From IMG/VR virus record IMGVR_UViG_3300044695_004869: DNA of 64,000 nt. One strand, given 5' to 3'. The position numbers and the translations under genes were made by a program. The notes beneath the pieces were generated by a model, which was given only the letters and a program-made list of their open reading frames with translations, was not told the DNA's origin and made no database searches. Source of the stretch: a virus. Taxonomy: Duplodnaviria > Caudoviricetes. This document shows, piece by piece, positions 31,501-44,100 of this stretch. The number at the start of each line of letters is the position of its first letter. The first letter of the stretch is position 1.

Positions 31501-34500
31501 TGGTCCCGCTCGTACCATTTGTTCCATTTGTACCTGAAGTACCATTGGTTCCGTTAGTTCCTGAAGTTCCATTCGTACCTGAAGTACCATTTGTCCCTGA
31601 TGTCCCGTTAGTTCCATTCGTTCCGTTTGTACCTGAAGTACCATTAGTTCCGTTCGTACCACTTGTACCATTCGTACCGCTAGTTCCATTTGTACCATTA
31701 GTTCCATTCGTTCCGTTTGTACCTGAAGTTCCATTTGTACCATTAGTACCGTTTGTACCATTGGTTCCTGAAGTTCCGTTGGTTCCACTTGAACCATTAG
31801 TTCCGTTCGTTCCGCTCGTACCGTTTGTTCCATTTGTTCCTGACGTTCCATTAGTTCCGTTAGTACCATTTGTTCCCGATGTTCCGTTCGTACCGCTAGT
31901 ACCGTTTGTTCCATTCGTACCGCTAGTACCATTAGTTCCGTTTGTACCTGAAGTACCGTTAGTCCCATTTGTTCCTGAAGTTCCATTAGTACCCGAAGTA
32001 CCGTTGGTTCCATTCGTACCTGACGTACCATTAGTACCATTTGTTCCGTTAGTTCCATCTGTTCCTGAAGTTCCGTTAGTTCCATTCGTACCGTTTGTTC
32101 CATTCGTACCGTTTGTTCCACTAGTCCCGTTGGTACCCGAAGTTCCATTAGTTCCGTTAGTCCCTGACGTACCATTTGTACCATTGGTTCCTGATGTTCC
32201 ATCAGTACCGCTTGACCCTGAAGTACCGTTGGTACCACTTGAACCATTCGTTCCGTTTGTACCTGAAGTTCCATTCGTACCATTCGTACCCGAAGTTCCA
32301 TTAGTACCGTTAGTACCGTTAGTCCCCGACGTACCATTAGTTCCGTTAGTCCCTGAAGTTCCGTTTGTACCATTCGTACCGTTTGTTCCTGAAGTACCGT
32401 TTGTTCCTGATGTTCCGTTTGTTCCATTAGTACCTGACGATCCATTCGTACCATTCGTACCTGAAGTACCGTTAGTTCCGTTCGTACCTGAGGTTCCATT
32501 AGTACCGGAAGTCCCATTAGTTCCGTTCGTACCATTAGTACCGCTAGTTCCTGAAGAACCACTTGTTCCATTAATTATACCTAACGTAGTTTGACCATAT
32601 GAATAATGAGTTGTACCTTCGGTTACGAAAGTAATTGTATGTGATTGATTTGAGGTATTTGTAGCTCGAACTTTAACAAATATCCTATCTGTTGTATTGA
32701 TTGAAAATCCTCCTTGAAATCCATCAGATAATACCATTGATGGGTTTGGTGAATTTGTTGTTACAGGTGCTGGGTCTGTTGAAAATAATAAAGTTTCAGT
32801 CCCACCTGTTGTTCTTGAATAAACTTCACAGAATATATCAAAACTTGCATTATTGTTTTCTTTATACGCGTGTAAGAAGAAAGACCAAATTCCCGCAGGT
32901 ATGGTTGATACATTCGGATAAGTTGAGGGTGTTAAATATGATTGAATAGTTGATGTTACACCATTCGCAATAGTAACCGTAACTGTTTGTTGCGACCCTG
33001 ATGTCGGTATTGGTGAAAATTCTTTATAAGGGGTTTGTGTTACTGATTCGTTAAAGAAATAAACAGCACCACCTGAAATACCATTAACACCGCTAGTACC
33101 GTTCGTACCATTAGTTCCCGATGTTCCATTAGTACCATTCGTACCTGAAGTTCCATTTGTTCCGTTAGTACCACTTGTACCATCTGTCCCATTAGTTCCA
33201 TTCGTACCGTTTGTTCCGTCAGTACCATTGGTTCCTGAGGATCCGTTTGTACCTGAAGTTCCATCCGTTCCGTTCGTACCATTTGTTCCATTCGTACCTG
33301 AAGTTCCATTCGTACCTGAGGTCCCGTTAGTTCCATTCGTACCGTTTGTACCATTTGTTCCTGAGGTTCCGTTTGTTCCTGAGGTTCCGTTTGTTCCATT
33401 GGTTCCTGAAGTCCCATCCGTTCCGTTCGTACCATTTGTTCCACTAGTCCCGTCAGTTCCATTTGTTCCTGAAGTTCCATCCGTTCCATCCGTTCCGTTC
33501 GTACCATTTGTTCCACTTGAACCATCTGTACCATTTGTTCCACTTGAACCATCTGTACCATTAGTACCTGAAGTTCCGTCAGTCCCATTTGTTCCACTTG
33601 AACCATCTGTACCATTAGTTCCGTTTGTACCTGATGTTCCATTAGTTCCGTTTGTACCTGATGTTCCATCGGTTCCATTTGTTCCTGAAGTTCCATTTGT
33701 ACCATTGGTTCCTGATGTTCCATCTGTACCGTTTGTTCCGTTTGTTCCATTGGTTCCTGAGGATCCGTTTGTTCCATTGGTACCTGAAGTCCCATTTACT
33801 CCGGATATTCCACTAGTTCCATCTGTCCCACTCGTTCCGTCTGTTCCGCTCGTACCATTTGTTCCGCTCGTGCCATCTGTACCGCTCGTACCATCTGTAC
33901 CGTTTGTTCCGCTTGTACCATCTGTTCCGCTCGTGCCATCTGTTCCGCTCGTGCCATCTGTTCCGCTCGTACCATCTGTTCCGTTGGTTCCTGAAGTTCC
34001 ATTAGTACCACTTGACCCATCTGTTCCATTAGTTCCTGATGTTCCGTCTGTACCATTAGTCCCTGAAGTACCATTTGTTCCACTTGACCCATCCGTACCA
34101 TTAGTTCCGCTGGTTCCGTCGCTACCACTAGTACCATCTGTTCCGTTTGTTCCTGAAGTTCCGTCAGTTCCCGACGTTCCATTAGTTCCGTCAGTACCGC
34201 TAGTACCATCTGTTCCGTTTGTTCCTGAAGTCCCATCAGTTCCGTCAGTACCACTAGTTCCATCAGTACCATCAACACCTGAAAGACCACTTGTTCCATC
34301 TGTACCACTACTTCCATCCGTACCGCTAGTTCCATCGGTACCATTAGTTCCGTTTGTACCATTCGTTCCTGACGTTCCATCCGTTCCTGACGTTCCATCC
34401 GTACCTGAAGTTCCATCCGTACCGTTTGTACCGCTAGTTCCGTCTGTTCCTGAACTTCCATCCGTTCCACTAGTTCCGTCAGTACCATTAGTTCCACTAG

Positions 34501-36901
34501 TTCCGTCAGTCCCACTAGTTCCGTCAGTTCCACTAGTACCGTCAGTTCCACTAGTTCCGTCAGTACCACTAGTTCCGTCAGTACCATTCGTTCCGTTTGT
34601 TCCTGAAGTTCCATCTGTACCGTTTGTGCCCGAACTACCATCCGTACCATTAGTTCCGCTAGTTCCGTCCGTACCATCTGTCCCGTTAGTCCCCGAAGTT
34701 CCGTCTGTACCGTTTGTTCCACTAGTTCCATCTGTCCCACTCGTTCCGTCTGTCCCCGAAGTTCCGTCTGTTCCATTAGTTCCGCTTGAACCATCTGTTC
34801 CATTAGTTCCGCTTGTACCATCTGTTCCATTAGTTCCGCTCGTACCATCTGTTCCGTTCGTTCCATTAGTACCATTAGTTCCCGATGTTCCATCTGTCCC
34901 TGAAGTTCCATCCGTTCCGTTTGTTCCACTTGTACCATCCGTTCCGTTAGTACCTGAAGTACCATCTGTTCCATTTGTTCCGCTTGAACCATCCGTTCCA
35001 TTAGTACCTGATGTTCCGTCTGTACCGTTGGTTCCTGAAGTTCCATCTGTACCATTTGTACCATTTGTACCTGAAGTCCCATCCGTTCCACTTGAACCAT
35101 TTGTTCCATCAGTTCCCGAACTACCATTTGTACCATCAGTGCCGCTAGTTCCATCTGTACCTGAAGTACCACTCGTTCCATCGGTTCCGCTAGATCCATT
35201 TGTTCCATCAGTACCTGAAGTACCATCTGTTCCGCTTGAACCATCCGTGCCGTTTGTTCCTGAAGACCCATTTGTTCCATCTGTTCCGCTTGTCCCGTCA
35301 GTCCCTGAAGACCCATTAGTACCATCTGTTCCGCTTGTCCCTGAAGTACCGTCAGTTCCTGAAGTACCGTCAGTTCCGTTAGTTCCACTTGTGCCATCAG
35401 TTCCGCTAGTTCCATTTGTACCATTAGTTCCATTTGTACCGCTAGTGCCATTGGTACCATTAGTTCCTGACGTTCCATTGGTACCATTAGTTCCTGACGT
35501 TCCATCCGTTCCATTAGTACCGTTTGTTCCCGATGTACCATTCGTTCCGTTTGTTCCGTTAGTACCATTTGTTCCTGAAGTTCCATTTGTACCATTAGTC
35601 CCTGAAGTTCCATCCGTACCATTAGTCCCTGAAGTTCCATCCGTACCATTAGTTCCGCTAGTTCCGTCCGTTCCTGAAGTACCATCAGTTCCACTAGTTC
35701 CATCTGTTCCGCTTGTTCCATCAGTTCCACTAGTACCATTTGTTCCATTTGTCCCTGAAGTCCCATCAGTACCACTTGTTCCATCAGTACCACTTGTTCC
35801 ATCTGTACCGTTAGTTCCTGAAGTTCCGTCTGTTCCTGAAGTTCCGTCTGTTCCTGAAGTTCCGTCCGTACCTGAAGTTCCATCTGTACCACTTGTTCCA
35901 TTGGTACCACTTGTTCCATCGGTACCACTAGTTCCGTTTGTACCATTAGTTCCACTTGAACCATCCGTACCATCTGTACCGCTTGTTCCATCTGTACCGC
36001 TTGTTCCATCTGTACCACTTGTTCCATCTGTACCGCTTGTTCCATCTGTACCGCTTGTTCCATCTGTTCCGCTAGTTCCATTAGTACCGCTAGTTCCATC
36101 TGTTCCGTTAGTTCCACTTGTCCCATCGGTACCGCTAGTTCCATCTGTTCCACTAGTACCATTTGTTCCTGAACTACCATCTGTACCATCTGTACCATCT
36201 GTACCGCTAGTACCATTTGTACCACTAGTTCCGTTTACTCCTGAAATTCCGCTTGTACCATCTGTTCCGCTCGTACCATCTGTTCCTGAAGTACCGTTAG
36301 TCCCTGAAGTTCCGTTAGTCCCTGAAGTTCCGTTGGTTCCGTTTGACCCATCCGTCCCATTTGTTCCAGAACTTCCATTAGTACCATTTGTACCTGAAGT
36401 TCCGTCGGTACCATTAGTTCCTGAGGATCCGTTTGTTCCATCAGTTCCCGATGTCCCATTAGTACCTGATGTTCCGTTGGTACCTGAAGAACCGTTCGTT
36501 CCGGAAGATCCATTAGTTCCCGAAGAACCGTCAGTTCCGGAAGATCCTGATGAACCACTAGTTCCATCTGATCCATTCGTCCCATTCGTTCCATTAGTAC
36601 CTGAAGTACCATCTGTTCCGTTAGATCCGGAAGTTCCATCAGAACCCGAAGTACCATCTGTCCCTGATGTTCCGTCTGTTCCTGATGTTCCATTATTACC
36701 ACTGGTTCCATTTGTACCTGATGTACCATTAGTACCTGATGTGCCAACACTTGAGATTGCCGCACCTACTTGTGCGATTGTTGCTTTATAAGAAGATCCT
36801 GCCGGATTTTGGGACGTGTCACCAGTGATAACGATATGTATTAAATCATTAAGTGATACACCTGTGGCAATTGTCCTATCCGTCAGTCGTTGAAATCCCA
36901 T
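25559..36901 (-). CDS. Giant (3780 aa) Gly-Thr-X tripeptide-repeat collagen-like putative fibre protein
   Basis: Short N-terminal domain, two Gly-X-Y blocks ([12 protein letters not shown]) separated by a globular insert of about 165 aa, and a C-terminal domain of about 195 aa ending DIVRVCGY...[12 protein letters not shown]. Frame intact over 11.3 kb. Confidence 0.85.
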   Translation of the reverse strand: MGFQRLTDRTIATGVSLNDLIHIVITGDTSQNPAGSSYKATIAQVGAAISSVGTSGTNGTSGTNGTSGNNGTSGTDGTSGTDGTSGSDGTSGSNGTDGTSGTNGTNGTNGSDGTSGSSGSSGTDGSSGTNGSSGTNGSSGTNGTSGTNGTSGTDGTNGSSGTNGTDGTSGTNGTNGSSGTNGTDGSNGTNGTSGTNGTSGTNGTSGTDGTSGTDGTSGISGVNGTSGTNGTSGTDGTDGTDGSSGTNGTSGTDGTSGTDGTSGTNGTDGTSGTNGTSGTDGTSGTDGTSGTDGTSGTDGTSGTDGTSGTDGTDGSSGTNGTNGTSGTDGTSGTNGTSGTDGTSGTDGTSGTDGTSGTDGTSGTNGTDGTSGTDGTSGTDGTSGTNGTNGTSGTDGTSGTDGTSGTDGTSGTDGTSGTNGTDGTSGTNGTDGTSGTNGTNGTSGTNGTNGTNGTNGTSGTNGTNGTDGTSGTNGTNGTSGTNGTNGTSGTNGTNGTNGTSGTDGTSGTNGTDGTSGTDGTSGTSGTDGTNGSSGTDGTSGTDGTNGSSGTNGTDGSSGTDGTSGTDGTNGSSGTDGTSGTSGTDGTSGTDGTNGSSGTDGTNGSSGTDGTSGTNGTNGTDGTSGTNGTDGTSGTNGTDGSSGTNGTDGTSGTNGTDGTSGTNGTDGTSGTDGTSGTNGTNGTNGTDGTSGTNGTDGTSGTNGTDGSSGTNGTDGTSGTDGTSGTDGTSGTNGTDGTSGTNGTDGTDGTSGTNGTDGSSGTNGTDGTSGTNGTNGTDGTSGTDGTSGTDGTSGTDGTSGTDGTSGTNGTDGTSGTDGSSGTDGTSGTNGTDGTSGTDGTSGTDGTSGTNGTNGTNGTDGTSGTDGSSGTDGTSGLSGVDGTDGTSGTDGTDGTSGTNGTDGTSGTDGTNGTSGTDGTSGTNGTDGTSGSDGTSGTNGTDGSSGTNGTSGTNGTDGTSGTNGTDGSSGTNGTSGTNGTDGTSGTDGTSGTDGTSGTDGTSGTNGTDGTSGTDGTSGTNGTSGTDGTSGTDGTSGISGVNGTSGTNGTNGSSGTNGTNGTNGTDGTSGTNGTNGTSGTNGTDGTSGTNGTNGTSGTNGTNGTDGSSGTNGTDGTSGTNGTDGSSGTNGTDGSSGTNGTNGTDGTDGTSGTNGTDGTSGTNGTNGTDGTSGTNGTNGTSGTNGTSGTNGTNGTNGTNGTSGTNGTSGTNGTNGTNGTDGTSGTNGSSGTNGTDGTNGTNGTNGTDGTSGTNGTNGTSGTNGTNGTSGTNGTNGTSGVNGISGGAVYFFNESVTQTPYKEFSPIPTSGSQQTVTVTIANGVTSTIQSYLTPSTYPNVSTIPAGIWSFFLHAYKENNNASFDIFCEVYSRTTGGTETLLFSTDPAPVTTNSPNPSMVLSDGFQGGFSINTTDRIFVKVRATNTSNQSHTITFVTEGTTHYSYGQTTLGIINGTSGSSGTSGTNGTNGTNGTSGTNGTSGTNGTNGTSGTNGTNGSSGTNGTNGTSGTNGTSGTNGTNGTNGTSGTNGTNGTSGTNGTNGTNGTSGTNGTNGTSGTNGTNGSSGTNGTSGSSGTDGTSGTNGTNGTSGTNGTNGTSGTNGTSGTNGTNGTNGTNGTNGTSGTDGTNGTNGTNGTSGTNGTNGTSGTNGTSGTNGTNGTSGTNGTNGTSGTNGTNGTSGTNGTSGTNGTNGTNGTSGTNGTNGTSGTNGTNGSSGTNGTSGTNGTNGTNGTNGTSGTNGTNGTNGTNGTSGTNGTSGTNGTNGTSGTNGTNGTNGTSGTNGTSGTNGTSGTNGTNGTSGTNGTNGTSGTNGTSGTNGTNGTSGTNGTSGTNGTNGTSGTNGTNGTNGTSGTNGTSGTNGTNGTNGTNGTSGTNGTNGTNGTNGTSGTNGTNGTNGTNGTSGTNGTNGTSGTNGTNGTNGTSGTNGTNGTSGTNGTSGTNGTNGTSGTNGTSGTNGTNGTNGTSGTNGTSGTNGTNGTSGTNGTSGTNGTNGTNGTSGTNGTNGTSGTNGTNGTSGTNGTNGSSGTNGTSGTNGTNGSSGTNGTNGTSGTNGTSGTNGTNGTSGTNGTSGTNGTNGTNGTNGTSGTNGTSGTNGTNGTNGTNGSSGTNGTNGTNGTSGTNGSSGTNGTSGTNGTNGTNGTSGTNGTSGTNGTSGTNGTNGTNGTNGTNGTSGTNGTSGTNGTNGTNGTNGTNGTSGTNGTNGTNGTNGTSGTNGTNGTSGTNGTNGTNGTSGTNGTNGTSGTNGTSGTNGTNGTNGTNGTNGTSGTNGTNGTNGTSGTNGTNGTSGTNGTSGTNGTNGTNGTNGTNGTSGTNGTNGTSGTNGTNGTSGTNGTNGTNGTNGTSGTNGTNGTNGTSGTNGTNGTSGTNGTNGTSGTNGTNGTNGTNGTSGTNGTNGTNGTDGTSGTNGTNGTNGTNGTSGTNGTNGTNGTSGTNGTSGTNGTNGSSGTNGTNGTNGTSGTNGTSGTNGTNGTNGTSGTNGTSGTNGTNGTNGTSGTNGTNGTNGTNGTSGTNGTNGTSGTNGSSGTNGTNGTSGTNGTNGTNGTSGTNGTNGTNGTNGTSGTNGTNGTSGTNGTNGTNGTNGTSGTNGTNGTNGTNGTSGTNGTNGTSGTNGTNGTNGTNGTSGTNGTNGTSGTNGTNGTNGTSGTNGTNGTSGTNGTNGTNGTSGTNGTNGSSGTNGTSGTNGTNGTSGTNGTNGTNGTNGTSGTNGTSGTNGTNGTSGTNGTNGTNGTNGTSGTNGTNGTSGTNGTSGTNGTNGSSGTNGTNGTNGTNGTSGTNGTNGTNGTSGTNGTSGTNGTNGTNGTNGTSGTNGTNGSSGTNGTSGTNGTNGTSGTNGTSGTNGTSGTNGTNGTSGTNGTNGTSGTNGTSGTNGTNGTSGTNGTSGTNGTNGTNGTSGTNGTNGTSGTNGTSGTNGTSGTNGTNGASGTNGTSGTNGTSGVSGLNGTNGTSGTNGSSGTNGTNGTSGTNGTSGTNGTNGTSGTNGTSGTNGTSGTNGTNGTSGTNGTNGTSGTNGTSGTNGTNGTNGTSGTNGTNGSSGTNGTSGTNGTNGTSGTNGTSGTNGTNGTNGTSGTNGTNGTSGTNGTSGTNGTNGTSGTNGTSGTNGTNGTSGTNGTSGTNGTNGTSGTNGTNGTSGTNGTSGTNGTNGTSGTNGTSGTNGTNGTSGTNGSSGTNGTSGTNGTNGTNGTSGTNGTNGSSGTNGTSGTNGTNGTSGTNGTNGTSGTNGTSGTNGTSGTNGTNGTSGTNGTSGTNGTSGTNGTNGTNGTSGTNGTNGTSGTNGTNGTSGTNGTNGTSGTNGTSGTNGTNGTSGTNGTNGTSGTNGTSGTNGTSGTNGTNGTSGTNGTSGTNGTNGTSGTNGTNGTSGTNGTNGTSGTNGTSGTNGTNGTSGTDGTSGTDGTSGTNGTNGTSGTNGTSGTNGTSGTNGTNGTSGTDGTSGVSGAAGTSGTNGTNGTSGTNGTNGTNGTNGTSGTNGTNGTNGTNGTSGTNGTNGTNGTNGTNGTSGTNGTNGTNGTNGTNGTSGTNGTNGTNGTNGTNGTSGTNGTNGTNGTNGTSGTNGTNGTNGTNGTSGTNGTNGTNGTNGTSGTNGTSGTNGTTGTNGTSGTGFTSISPTTDNNILTANGTANSANSEPNLTFNGITNLLNVTGSATISDHFQVTRTSGYYTINTDPVSRLASNGDHYGELLSIGDVGFSPAVGQVRYLSSSNTWLSADADSASASRNLLGICTNAVAYNRGMLVRGYFKNTSWSFTIGAPVYLSTAGDTLTSTQPTGTADIVRVCGYAIATDEVYFNPSQDWIELV
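26340..26610. repeat. Exact tandem array inside the fibre gene (3 x 54 bp then 45-bp units)
   Basis: CCTGATGTCC recurs at 26340, 26394, 26448, 26502, 26547 and 26592. Confidence 0.85.
27459..27692. repeat. Exact 117-bp tandem duplication
   Basis: The unit starting GAAGTTCCATTTGTTCCATTCG occurs at 27459 and 27576. Confidence 0.85.
29049..29269. repeat. Direct repeat of about 104 identical bp with 117-bp period
   Basis: 29049..29152 equals 29166..29269. Confidence 0.8.
33071..36745 (-). repeat. Asp-rich Gly-Thr-(Asp/Ser/Asn) coding repeat block (about 1225 aa)
   Basis: 9-bp periodicity, with GTD abundant. Confidence 0.9.
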
Positions 36902-36915
36902 TATATATTTTTATT

Positions 36916-36923
36916 AATAAATA
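36916..36923 (-). promoter_or_regulatory. TATTTATT motif (putative late promoter element)
   Basis: 14 nt upstream of the ATG at 36901. Confidence 0.5.
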
Positions 36924-36935
36924 TCGTAAAAATGA

Positions 36936-37244
36936 TTATTGGTCTTGGAAAATGAAAATCTCCGCATCCATATACAAGAATATTTCACCATCCTCAAATA
37001 TTTTACCCTTAGTAATACCTTGACAATAGATTATACCGAATAATTCACAACCAACAGAGTCAATCATTTTTAATCCAACCGCAGGGGCACCATTAAATTG
37101 TGGTGGTAATGTAATGATTAATGGAAATGTTGCTGTAGAAGGTATGGTGGCAATTAAAACACATTGATTACCATAAACGTCACAAGCGTAAAGAGTATAC
37201 GGATATGCTGATCCCGTTATGGAATTTATTTGGATTTGTGTCAT
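36936..37244 (-). CDS. Small Cys-containing protein, paralogue of the N-terminal module of 14648..16447
   Basis: PYTLYACDVYGNQC...IKMIDSVGC-like pattern versus [14 protein letters not shown]...IKLIDYDGC. Confidence 0.75.
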   Translation of the reverse strand: MTQIQINSITGSAYPYTLYACDVYGNQCVLIATIPSTATFPLIITLPPQFNGAPAVGLKMIDSVGCELFGIIYCQGITKGKIFEDGEIFLYMDAEIFIFQDQ

Positions 37245-37248
37245 ATCC

Positions 37249-37256
37249 TATAAATA
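37249..37256 (-). promoter_or_regulatory. TATTTATA motif
   Basis: 4 nt upstream of the ATG at 37244. Confidence 0.4.
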
Positions 37257-37276
37257 GTTGAAATATAGAATTACAA

Positions 37277-40200
37277 TTAAATATATTTTCTATAATCGGC
37301 ATTATAGTTTTGTAATACCTCTGATGAGGTAAGTGCCGTATTATATAAACGAGTAATACCAATTTTTCCATCAAACCATTGAGAATACTCACCACCATTG
37401 TAACTACCAATGTAAAGTGGGTTATCCGTGTTTAGTATACTTGCCAAACTATGGCTCACACTTCCTATACTTACACCATTTACAAATGTTTCAAGTGTAT
37501 TAGACGAAACATTAGTAAACACATAAACTATCTGATACCAAGTACCAATCGTTCCAACGTAGTTTGTACTATTAACAAATAACGTTGACCCAGCACCACT
37601 ACCTGAACCTAATTGAGCGTAGTATGTGGTATTAGTTGTTCTGATACTATAACTTACATCTATAGTTAACCCTCCATTATCAAATTTTCCAAGTACAACA
37701 TCATTACCTAAAACCGATTGATTAACCCACACTTCCATAGTCCAATCTCCACTTCCTGGTTCTAATAATGTATTATCATCAACTCTAACTTGTGATGAAG
37801 TTCCATTATATGAAAAATATGGTGATGTATATGTAATACCCGACATTGAACCATTTAATCCATTTCCTGATAAATCATTTATTGTTGTACCAGTACCAGG
37901 GTAACTTGATAAATTACTTGGGTCATAATATAAAACAATATTTCTTAAAACAGGTTCGTTTGTTGGAGTACCGGTTGGTGTCGGTGTAGTCGTGTTAGTG
38001 GGAGTATTAGTATTAGTAATAGTTGGTGTTACTGTTGGGGTTGATGTTATGGTATTTGTTGGTGTGGGAGTAGGTGTTACTTCAATAAATCTTGGGGCCA
38101 AGAAGTTATATTGTTGAGTTATTTCAGAAAGTGATAATTGTCTATTATAGAAAAACATATTGGCAACATATCCAAATGGTTGACTTGGTCCCTGATTATT
38201 ACCCCAAGTCCAATGTGTGGTACCACCCGCACCAAAAGAAATAGGATCACCGACTTCTATATTATTAATGTAGAATGTTTGTGATGAACTATCCCCGACC
38301 ACTGAGTACTGAACCCAAAGATCAGTTTGACCAGATAAATCATATCCAGAACTTCTAAATTCAGTATCCCAATAACCCAACGTATTTGTTCCATTAGGAA
38401 TTGTAATTGGCGTGTATATAGGTGTGTTTGTGGTAAGTAGTGTTCTAAATGATGCGATATTGTCTGAATCTAATCTAGACCAAGTAATATATGTATATCC
38501 CGATGTTGGTAAGGTAGGGCCTGTTCCATTTACAACAACCTTATTAGTTCCTGTCGTACAATCAAAACATTTTATTCCATTAAGAATTGTGTAGGTTGCA
38601 CCTGTTAATGTGTGGTCATACGTTCCTGGTGTTTGTAAGTTAACAACGTTCGTTCCTGAACCCGAATAACTTAACTCATCATACGCGTCTAATCGTATAA
38701 TTAATCCGGATGTGACCAAGTTTGGTGTTGATGTTAATGTTGGGGTATTAGTTGGTGTTGTTGTTAAAGTTGGTGTATTAGTTACTGTTGGTGTAGGTGT
38801 GTTAGTTGGAGTGTTAGTTGGAGTTTCAGTTATTGTGGGGGTGGGTGTATTAGTTGGAGTATTTGTTGATGTTATAGTTGGCGTATTTGTTGGAGTATTT
38901 GTTGATGTTATAGTTGGCGTATTTGTTGGAGTAATTGTGCTTGTGTTTGTTGGTGTATTAGTTGGAGTTGTTGTTGGAGTATTGGTGGAAGTTATTGTTG
39001 GGGTTGGTGTAATAGTTGAAGTTACTGTTGGGGTGTTGGTTGGTGTTGGTGTTACAATTGGAGGATTAAAAACATAAGAAGTGTCAATTGAGAATGACAT
39101 TTCACCATCGTAAATAATACTAAAATCGTCAAATACTGATTCACCATTCAGTAGAGAATAATCAGTATCGGTTATTTGAATAATAGACCCATTAGTTTCT
39201 CCTGCCAATATGGATATTGACGTATCAATTTGAATTGGGTCTCCCGATGTTAAATATATATAATTTCTTAAAATTAAAATAATATCTTTTTCAAGAGGTT
39301 GATCCATGTATAATTCATAGAGAGAGGATACCGAACCAGATGAATATGTTGCAAATAAAACAAAAGACACAGAATTAACAGGGAATGAATCTGTACATAT
39401 TGATAATAAAGAACCGCTACTAACACCACTACCTGTTATTGTAAGTGATGTAAAGTTGACAGAATTTTGTATTAAGAATTTACCCCCACCTCCGGTAATA
39501 GGAGCTCCCGCACCGGAAAGAATTTGATTTCCTGATATTGTCGTAAAACAACTTGATGGTGATGAAATTGTTGGTATTCCCGTACCTGTATTAGTAGTGA
39601 AAACAAAATTTTCATTGTTAAGTTGTCCTGTTGCCGTTAAAAATATTGTAATATTATTTACAGGAGAACTAAAATTCATTGTATAACTAAATGGACCATT
39701 TTGACCTAACCATCTTGAATTTGCGGGAGTTGTAACATTACCACAACTAGTAAATGGATTTGCGTGTAATCCAACTGAACCGGTAAACGAATCGGTTATT
39801 GTTATTCCATTTATTGTTGTTGGAGGTACAACACTTGAATTACATGACAATACAGGTATTGATGGTTGAATTGAATCTGTACATATATCCATATAAGTAC
39901 CACCAAGTCCTCCGGGACCCACAACGGTTAATGTTGTGAAAGAGGTTGAATTAGATATTTTAAAAATACCATTTCCGGCGGTACCTAAAGGGGTAAAAGG
40001 AGAGCAAGTTGGTGAAGTATATGCTGCCGTTATTGTATTACCGCTAATAATTGCGCAACAATAGTTACAAGATGATATTGAGGGAATCCCACTACCGGTA
40101 TTTGTTGTAAATGTAAATGATTCTACAATTGTTGTACCAGAATCGTATCCATATAATCTTATTACAATATCATTTACAGGTACACTGAACGATAATGTAT

Positions 40201-41074
40201 ATGTAAATGGACCGACAGGACCGGGGGTGCAATTTCCTAACCAAATAGTGTTAATACTTGAAATAGGGGGAGGGAGTGGACACCCCATCCCAAGACCAGA
40301 ATTTGGGTACGATCTAACACAACCGGTACTTGAGGCGTAAATTGTTACACCATTATATGTTACGGAATTACCCGATTGTGGTAACAATCCGGCGGTTGTA
40401 CAAGACGGACAAATAGGTGTTGATGTTGGTGTTGGCGATGGCGGTGTATTTGTTGGTGTTAAAGTCGCGGTTTTAGTTGGAGTGTTTGTATTTGTTGGTG
40501 TATTTGTTGGAGTTGCAAAAGGGAATGATAAGGTCGGTGTAGGTGTTTGAGTGGATGTTGGTGTTGGATAACATAATCCAGATGTTGGTGTAGGACTTAT
40601 TTTCGGTGTTTTGGTTGGAGTTGGAGTTTTACTTGGTTGAGGACATCCACATGGGTTTGTACAAGTTTCACTTGGTGTCGGAGTATTAGTTGGAGTTATT
40701 GTTGGTGTTGATGTAGTTGTTGGAGTTGGGGTTGGTATTTTACATGGATCAACGGTTAAAGTAGGTGTCACAGTTGGAGTAACTGATGGTGTTTGTGTTC
40801 TTGTAATTGTAGGAGTCGGTGTTGGTGTAGGTGTAGGTCTAACAACTTGCATTATATTCGGACAATCCGTATTACAACTTCCATCAGTACCTAAAACTAA
40901 AATTGTGTACGTACCATATATTTCTCTTGGTGGATTTAATAATGATGAATCAAACAAATATGGTAAAAGATGATTACCCAAATTAATAACAACATTGTCA
41001 TTATCAGGTTTGAATAAAATGGTTGCAATTTGACCATTGAATGTAATACTACTTATTAATATGGTTTGACTCAT
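37277..41074 (-). CDS. Large modular mucin-like protein with tandem beta-modules and two LamG domains
   Basis: TPT tracts, two modules of about 160-185 aa ending ICTDS, and two LamG domains ([15 protein letters not shown]; [16 protein letters not shown]...[15 protein letters not shown]). Confidence 0.8.
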   Translation of the reverse strand: MSQTILISSITFNGQIATILFKPDNDNVVINLGNHLLPYLFDSSLLNPPREIYGTYTILVLGTDGSCNTDCPNIMQVVRPTPTPTPTPTITRTQTPSVTPTVTPTLTVDPCKIPTPTPTTTSTPTITPTNTPTPSETCTNPCGCPQPSKTPTPTKTPKISPTPTSGLCYPTPTSTQTPTPTLSFPFATPTNTPTNTNTPTKTATLTPTNTPPSPTPTSTPICPSCTTAGLLPQSGNSVTYNGVTIYASSTGCVRSYPNSGLGMGCPLPPPISSINTIWLGNCTPGPVGPFTYTLSFSVPVNDIVIRLYGYDSGTTIVESFTFTTNTGSGIPSISSCNYCCAIISGNTITAAYTSPTCSPFTPLGTAGNGIFKISNSTSFTTLTVVGPGGLGGTYMDICTDSIQPSIPVLSCNSSVVPPTTINGITITDSFTGSVGLHANPFTSCGNVTTPANSRWLGQNGPFSYTMNFSSPVNNITIFLTATGQLNNENFVFTTNTGTGIPTISSPSSCFTTISGNQILSGAGAPITGGGGKFLIQNSVNFTSLTITGSGVSSGSLLSICTDSFPVNSVSFVLFATYSSGSVSSLYELYMDQPLEKDIILILRNYIYLTSGDPIQIDTSISILAGETNGSIIQITDTDYSLLNGESVFDDFSIIYDGEMSFSIDTSYVFNPPIVTPTPTNTPTVTSTITPTPTITSTNTPTTTPTNTPTNTSTITPTNTPTITSTNTPTNTPTITSTNTPTNTPTPTITETPTNTPTNTPTPTVTNTPTLTTTPTNTPTLTSTPNLVTSGLIIRLDAYDELSYSGSGTNVVNLQTPGTYDHTLTGATYTILNGIKCFDCTTGTNKVVVNGTGPTLPTSGYTYITWSRLDSDNIASFRTLLTTNTPIYTPITIPNGTNTLGYWDTEFRSSGYDLSGQTDLWVQYSVVGDSSSQTFYINNIEVGDPISFGAGGTTHWTWGNNQGPSQPFGYVANMFFYNRQLSLSEITQQYNFLAPRFIEVTPTPTPTNTITSTPTVTPTITNTNTPTNTTTPTPTGTPTNEPVLRNIVLYYDPSNLSSYPGTGTTINDLSGNGLNGSMSGITYTSPYFSYNGTSSQVRVDDNTLLEPGSGDWTMEVWVNQSVLGNDVVLGKFDNGGLTIDVSYSIRTTNTTYYAQLGSGSGAGSTLFVNSTNYVGTIGTWYQIVYVFTNVSSNTLETFVNGVSIGSVSHSLASILNTDNPLYIGSYNGGEYSQWFDGKIGITRLYNTALTSSEVLQNYNADYRKYI

Positions 41075-41085
41075 CTTCGTTTACA

Positions 41086-41093
41086 TATAAATA
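41086..41093 (-). promoter_or_regulatory. TATTTATA motif (putative late promoter element)
   Basis: 11 nt upstream of the ATG at 41074. Confidence 0.5.
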
Positions 41094-41108
41094 CATTCCT
41101 GAATTATT

Positions 41109-44100
41109 TTATATGAAATAATTCGGATCAACAATATTTCCATTAGGGAAAGATGCGTTAACCTCATATATTAAAGTACCACTTGGCCATGAGTCCCATA
41201 AGTTAAAATATGTTGGGTTATTAGGGTCGGTAGGTTGTATCCAATATGACCCAAAACTTTTAGTGAAATATTGTACCTCTTTTAACCCATTTGGATTTAT
41301 AAAATTCACAAAATCCATCCAACCAAAATCACAAGTAGTTGCCGATAAACTTGGTATAACCGTAAGAGGGTTTCCTGAATATGGTATTGTTTGTGTTGAA
41401 TAATATGGTATGCTTAAACCCGCCCCACCAAAATAACCCAAAGGTTGTGATGGGGTATAACTATTAATTTTTACGTAATTAGCAAATGGATTGTCAAACC
41501 TTAACCCATTGTTTGTGGTGGTATTTATATTTGGTGAAGAAACAGAATTGTTTATTATTTGGGTGTAAGAATCAGTAATTGCATAACAATTATTACAATT
41601 GTTTAATGGATATTGATTTGTTATATTTGCCAAATTAATTGTCATTGTGTATGCTCCCGGACCACCTCCTGTGGTTACAACTGAGGTTGGGTGTATATTA
41701 TAATTGGTAACAGTATATTGATTATCACCACAAGTACTTATTGATGATAAAGGAATAATATGTCGGAATACAATGTATGTATAATATTGAATTGTTGTTG
41801 GTAAAGGTGGGGTAGGTGACCAACCTGTTGAATTATACGTTGATATATAACTGTTATAATAAACGTCACGATCACTTATAGATGAACAAGTTATTGTTAT
41901 TATTGATCCTACTTTTGTGACATTAATGGTATTACCTGTTGCCTGACAATTTGATGGTGGACCATAACCAACACCACTACAGTTCGGGTTAAATGAGGTA
42001 AAATTATTACCATTAAAACCTCCAAGAGCGTAGTAAGTTGAGTATGGATAATATGCGGTACCGTCTGAACTATTAAATGTTGGTAAGTATTGATTTGTTA
42101 CGGAATGCATGAATTTGAAAATGTCTTCGTTATCGTATGAAGGACAACCAATAACCGTACCTTTTACATTTAAAATATTACAAATTGGATCCGCAGAAAA
42201 AGTAAGTGTTGATGCCGATATTTTGAAAGGTGTATTAGTTGATAAACAAGTATCACAGTCAAAACTTTCTAAACAAGTAAAATATAAATCCCAACTAGTT
42301 TGTGTTATACCTGAATTTGGTATTACTTCTAATATTAAATAATCACCATTATTAATAACGAAATTACTCAAATTGATTGGTTTTGCATAATAGGATGGGG
42401 CTTGACCCGTTTCTAAACGTTTAGGTATTGTATTAACAGATAAGTCACTGTCTCCCGGAACAGATTGACCGGTTGTTAAATATTCAACAACAATAGGACT
42501 ATTATAGTTAGTTCCGTCTTGGTTTACAAATGTTATTTTTAATGTGTCAGGAATTGACTCACCTTTGAATGCATATGCAAAATAAGGTTGTGTAGGATCC
42601 AAAGCAAATGTTGTGGATAAAGTACCAGCGGGAACTAAAGAACCTGGAGAGGTAATATATGATTTTCTACACTTATAATGACCAACTTCTGTACAATTTT
42701 CACAACTAAAAGATTGTACTGTTATATCAAGATTAGTAAAACAATCCAAATTGGCCTCTGTTGTACCACTTGCCCCTGTTGAAGTATATGTTATACCATT
42801 AATTATAATTGCTTGAAGAACTGGGGTATATTGTCCGGCCGGTAAAGGTGGCGATCCTGCACCTGTTAATGGGTGTGTAACAGTGTATGGTGTGAAACCA
42901 GCAATCAAAGGTCCAAATCCACTTACAAGTTGGATATTACCTAAAGAATCGTACCAATAAATAACATATGATGTAATAGAACCACAACCACCTGTTATAC
43001 TACCCACAACTAATTGACCAACCGTATTTGAACTATATGTGTCAAACCCTAACCCACATGGTGGTCCACATAAATTATTTGTGTTGTTTGGTGATAGTGT
43101 AATTGTTGGAGTTGGAGTATTAGTTGGTGTTTTTGTTGGGGTTGGGCTAACAATTTGAGTATTTGTTGGGGTTGGTGTTGGTGTTATAATAATATCTGAA
43201 ATAAAATTATCCACAGGACAAATGTAAGTATTACAATCAGGGCAGTCAGGGTCGAACATATTGAATCTGTCTTTTAATATTTTGAAATTGTGTTTTACTT
43301 CAGACGCATCTAATGGATCAATATACATTCTGAATTGTGAAATGCCACCTTCAAAAGTACCACCAAAATTTTGTTCTAATAATATATTAGTTCTCATTCC
43401 TGCCAATGTTGTCCCACTAAGAACATTCGGTGGGAATAATTCGGGGTCTTGAATATAATCAGTGTAAGGTAAAGTACAAGATGAGAAAACTAAATTTTCT
43501 CGTAACCCTTGAGTTCCCCCACCCCAAGATATATTAAAAGGTACACCAATTTGTCTTTCTTTATCAGTATCTAATGGTCTTGGTATAATTTCCTCAAAGT
43601 TTTCAATCGTAAAGAAAGGTTTTCCATTTACGTAGATTTTTAATCTACCCATTCTAAACTCTAAATCATTTAACCATTTTTGGTTAAGCTTTACTAATTC
43701 TATTTGTTCAGGATCAATACTACAATTTTCGTGAGTGTACGGAGGTTTTATTAATTTTGTGGTATCATTTACTAATGAATCCAAATATTTTATTTCTGTT
43801 ATATCTCCTAACCCTCCTCTCCATTGTAGATCACAAGTATCTAACCAAGTATAACGTCTCCAAACGACATCAACCATCAACCATTTTTCAACATCAAAAA
43901 ATTCATTACATTTTGTTAAACAATAATCATATATCCCATTTGGAGAGCAATATGTGTCGATTGTGTATCCTGTCATATGTGTTATACCTGTTGTAGCACA
44001 ACTTCCTGTTGTAACACAGTCACCGGTAAATCTTAATGCTTTTACACATATTCTTGGGTTTCTTGGATCCCCTGAAAATTTAACAGAAAATGCGTTAGAC

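Larger units (their letters stand above)
26144..32570 (-). repeat. Asn-rich Gly-Thr-(Asn/Ser) coding repeat block (about 2140 aa)
   Basis: 9-bp periodicity with scrambled synonymous codons. Confidence 0.9.

Noticed and set aside
26104-36765. Met/Glu/Gln-rich minus-strand ORFs up to 1481 aa overlapping the fibre gene
   Set aside because: These are +1-frame readings of the same repeat. A stop needs T at codon position 2, which Gly, Thr, Asn, Ser and Asp codons never have. No frameshift signal was seen.
26109-36791. Very long plus-strand Val-Pro ORFs (2161 aa and 1187 aa)
   Set aside because: Antisense shadows. The reverse complement of GGN-ACN-(AAY/TCN/AGY/GAY) in that frame can only give V, P, F, L, S, D or E, so it is stop-free by necessity. 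There is no start context and no globular domain.
25559-36901. Ice-nucleation protein (InaZ) assignment
   Set aside because: The AGYGSTxT octapeptide and 16/48-residue periodicity are absent. The periodicity is strictly 3 with Gly.
5976-39077. Plus-strand Val/Gly-rich ORFs (5976, 15207, 38712)
   Set aside because: Antisense of Thr-Pro tracts. Their hydrophobicity is an artefact of ACN/CCN codons.
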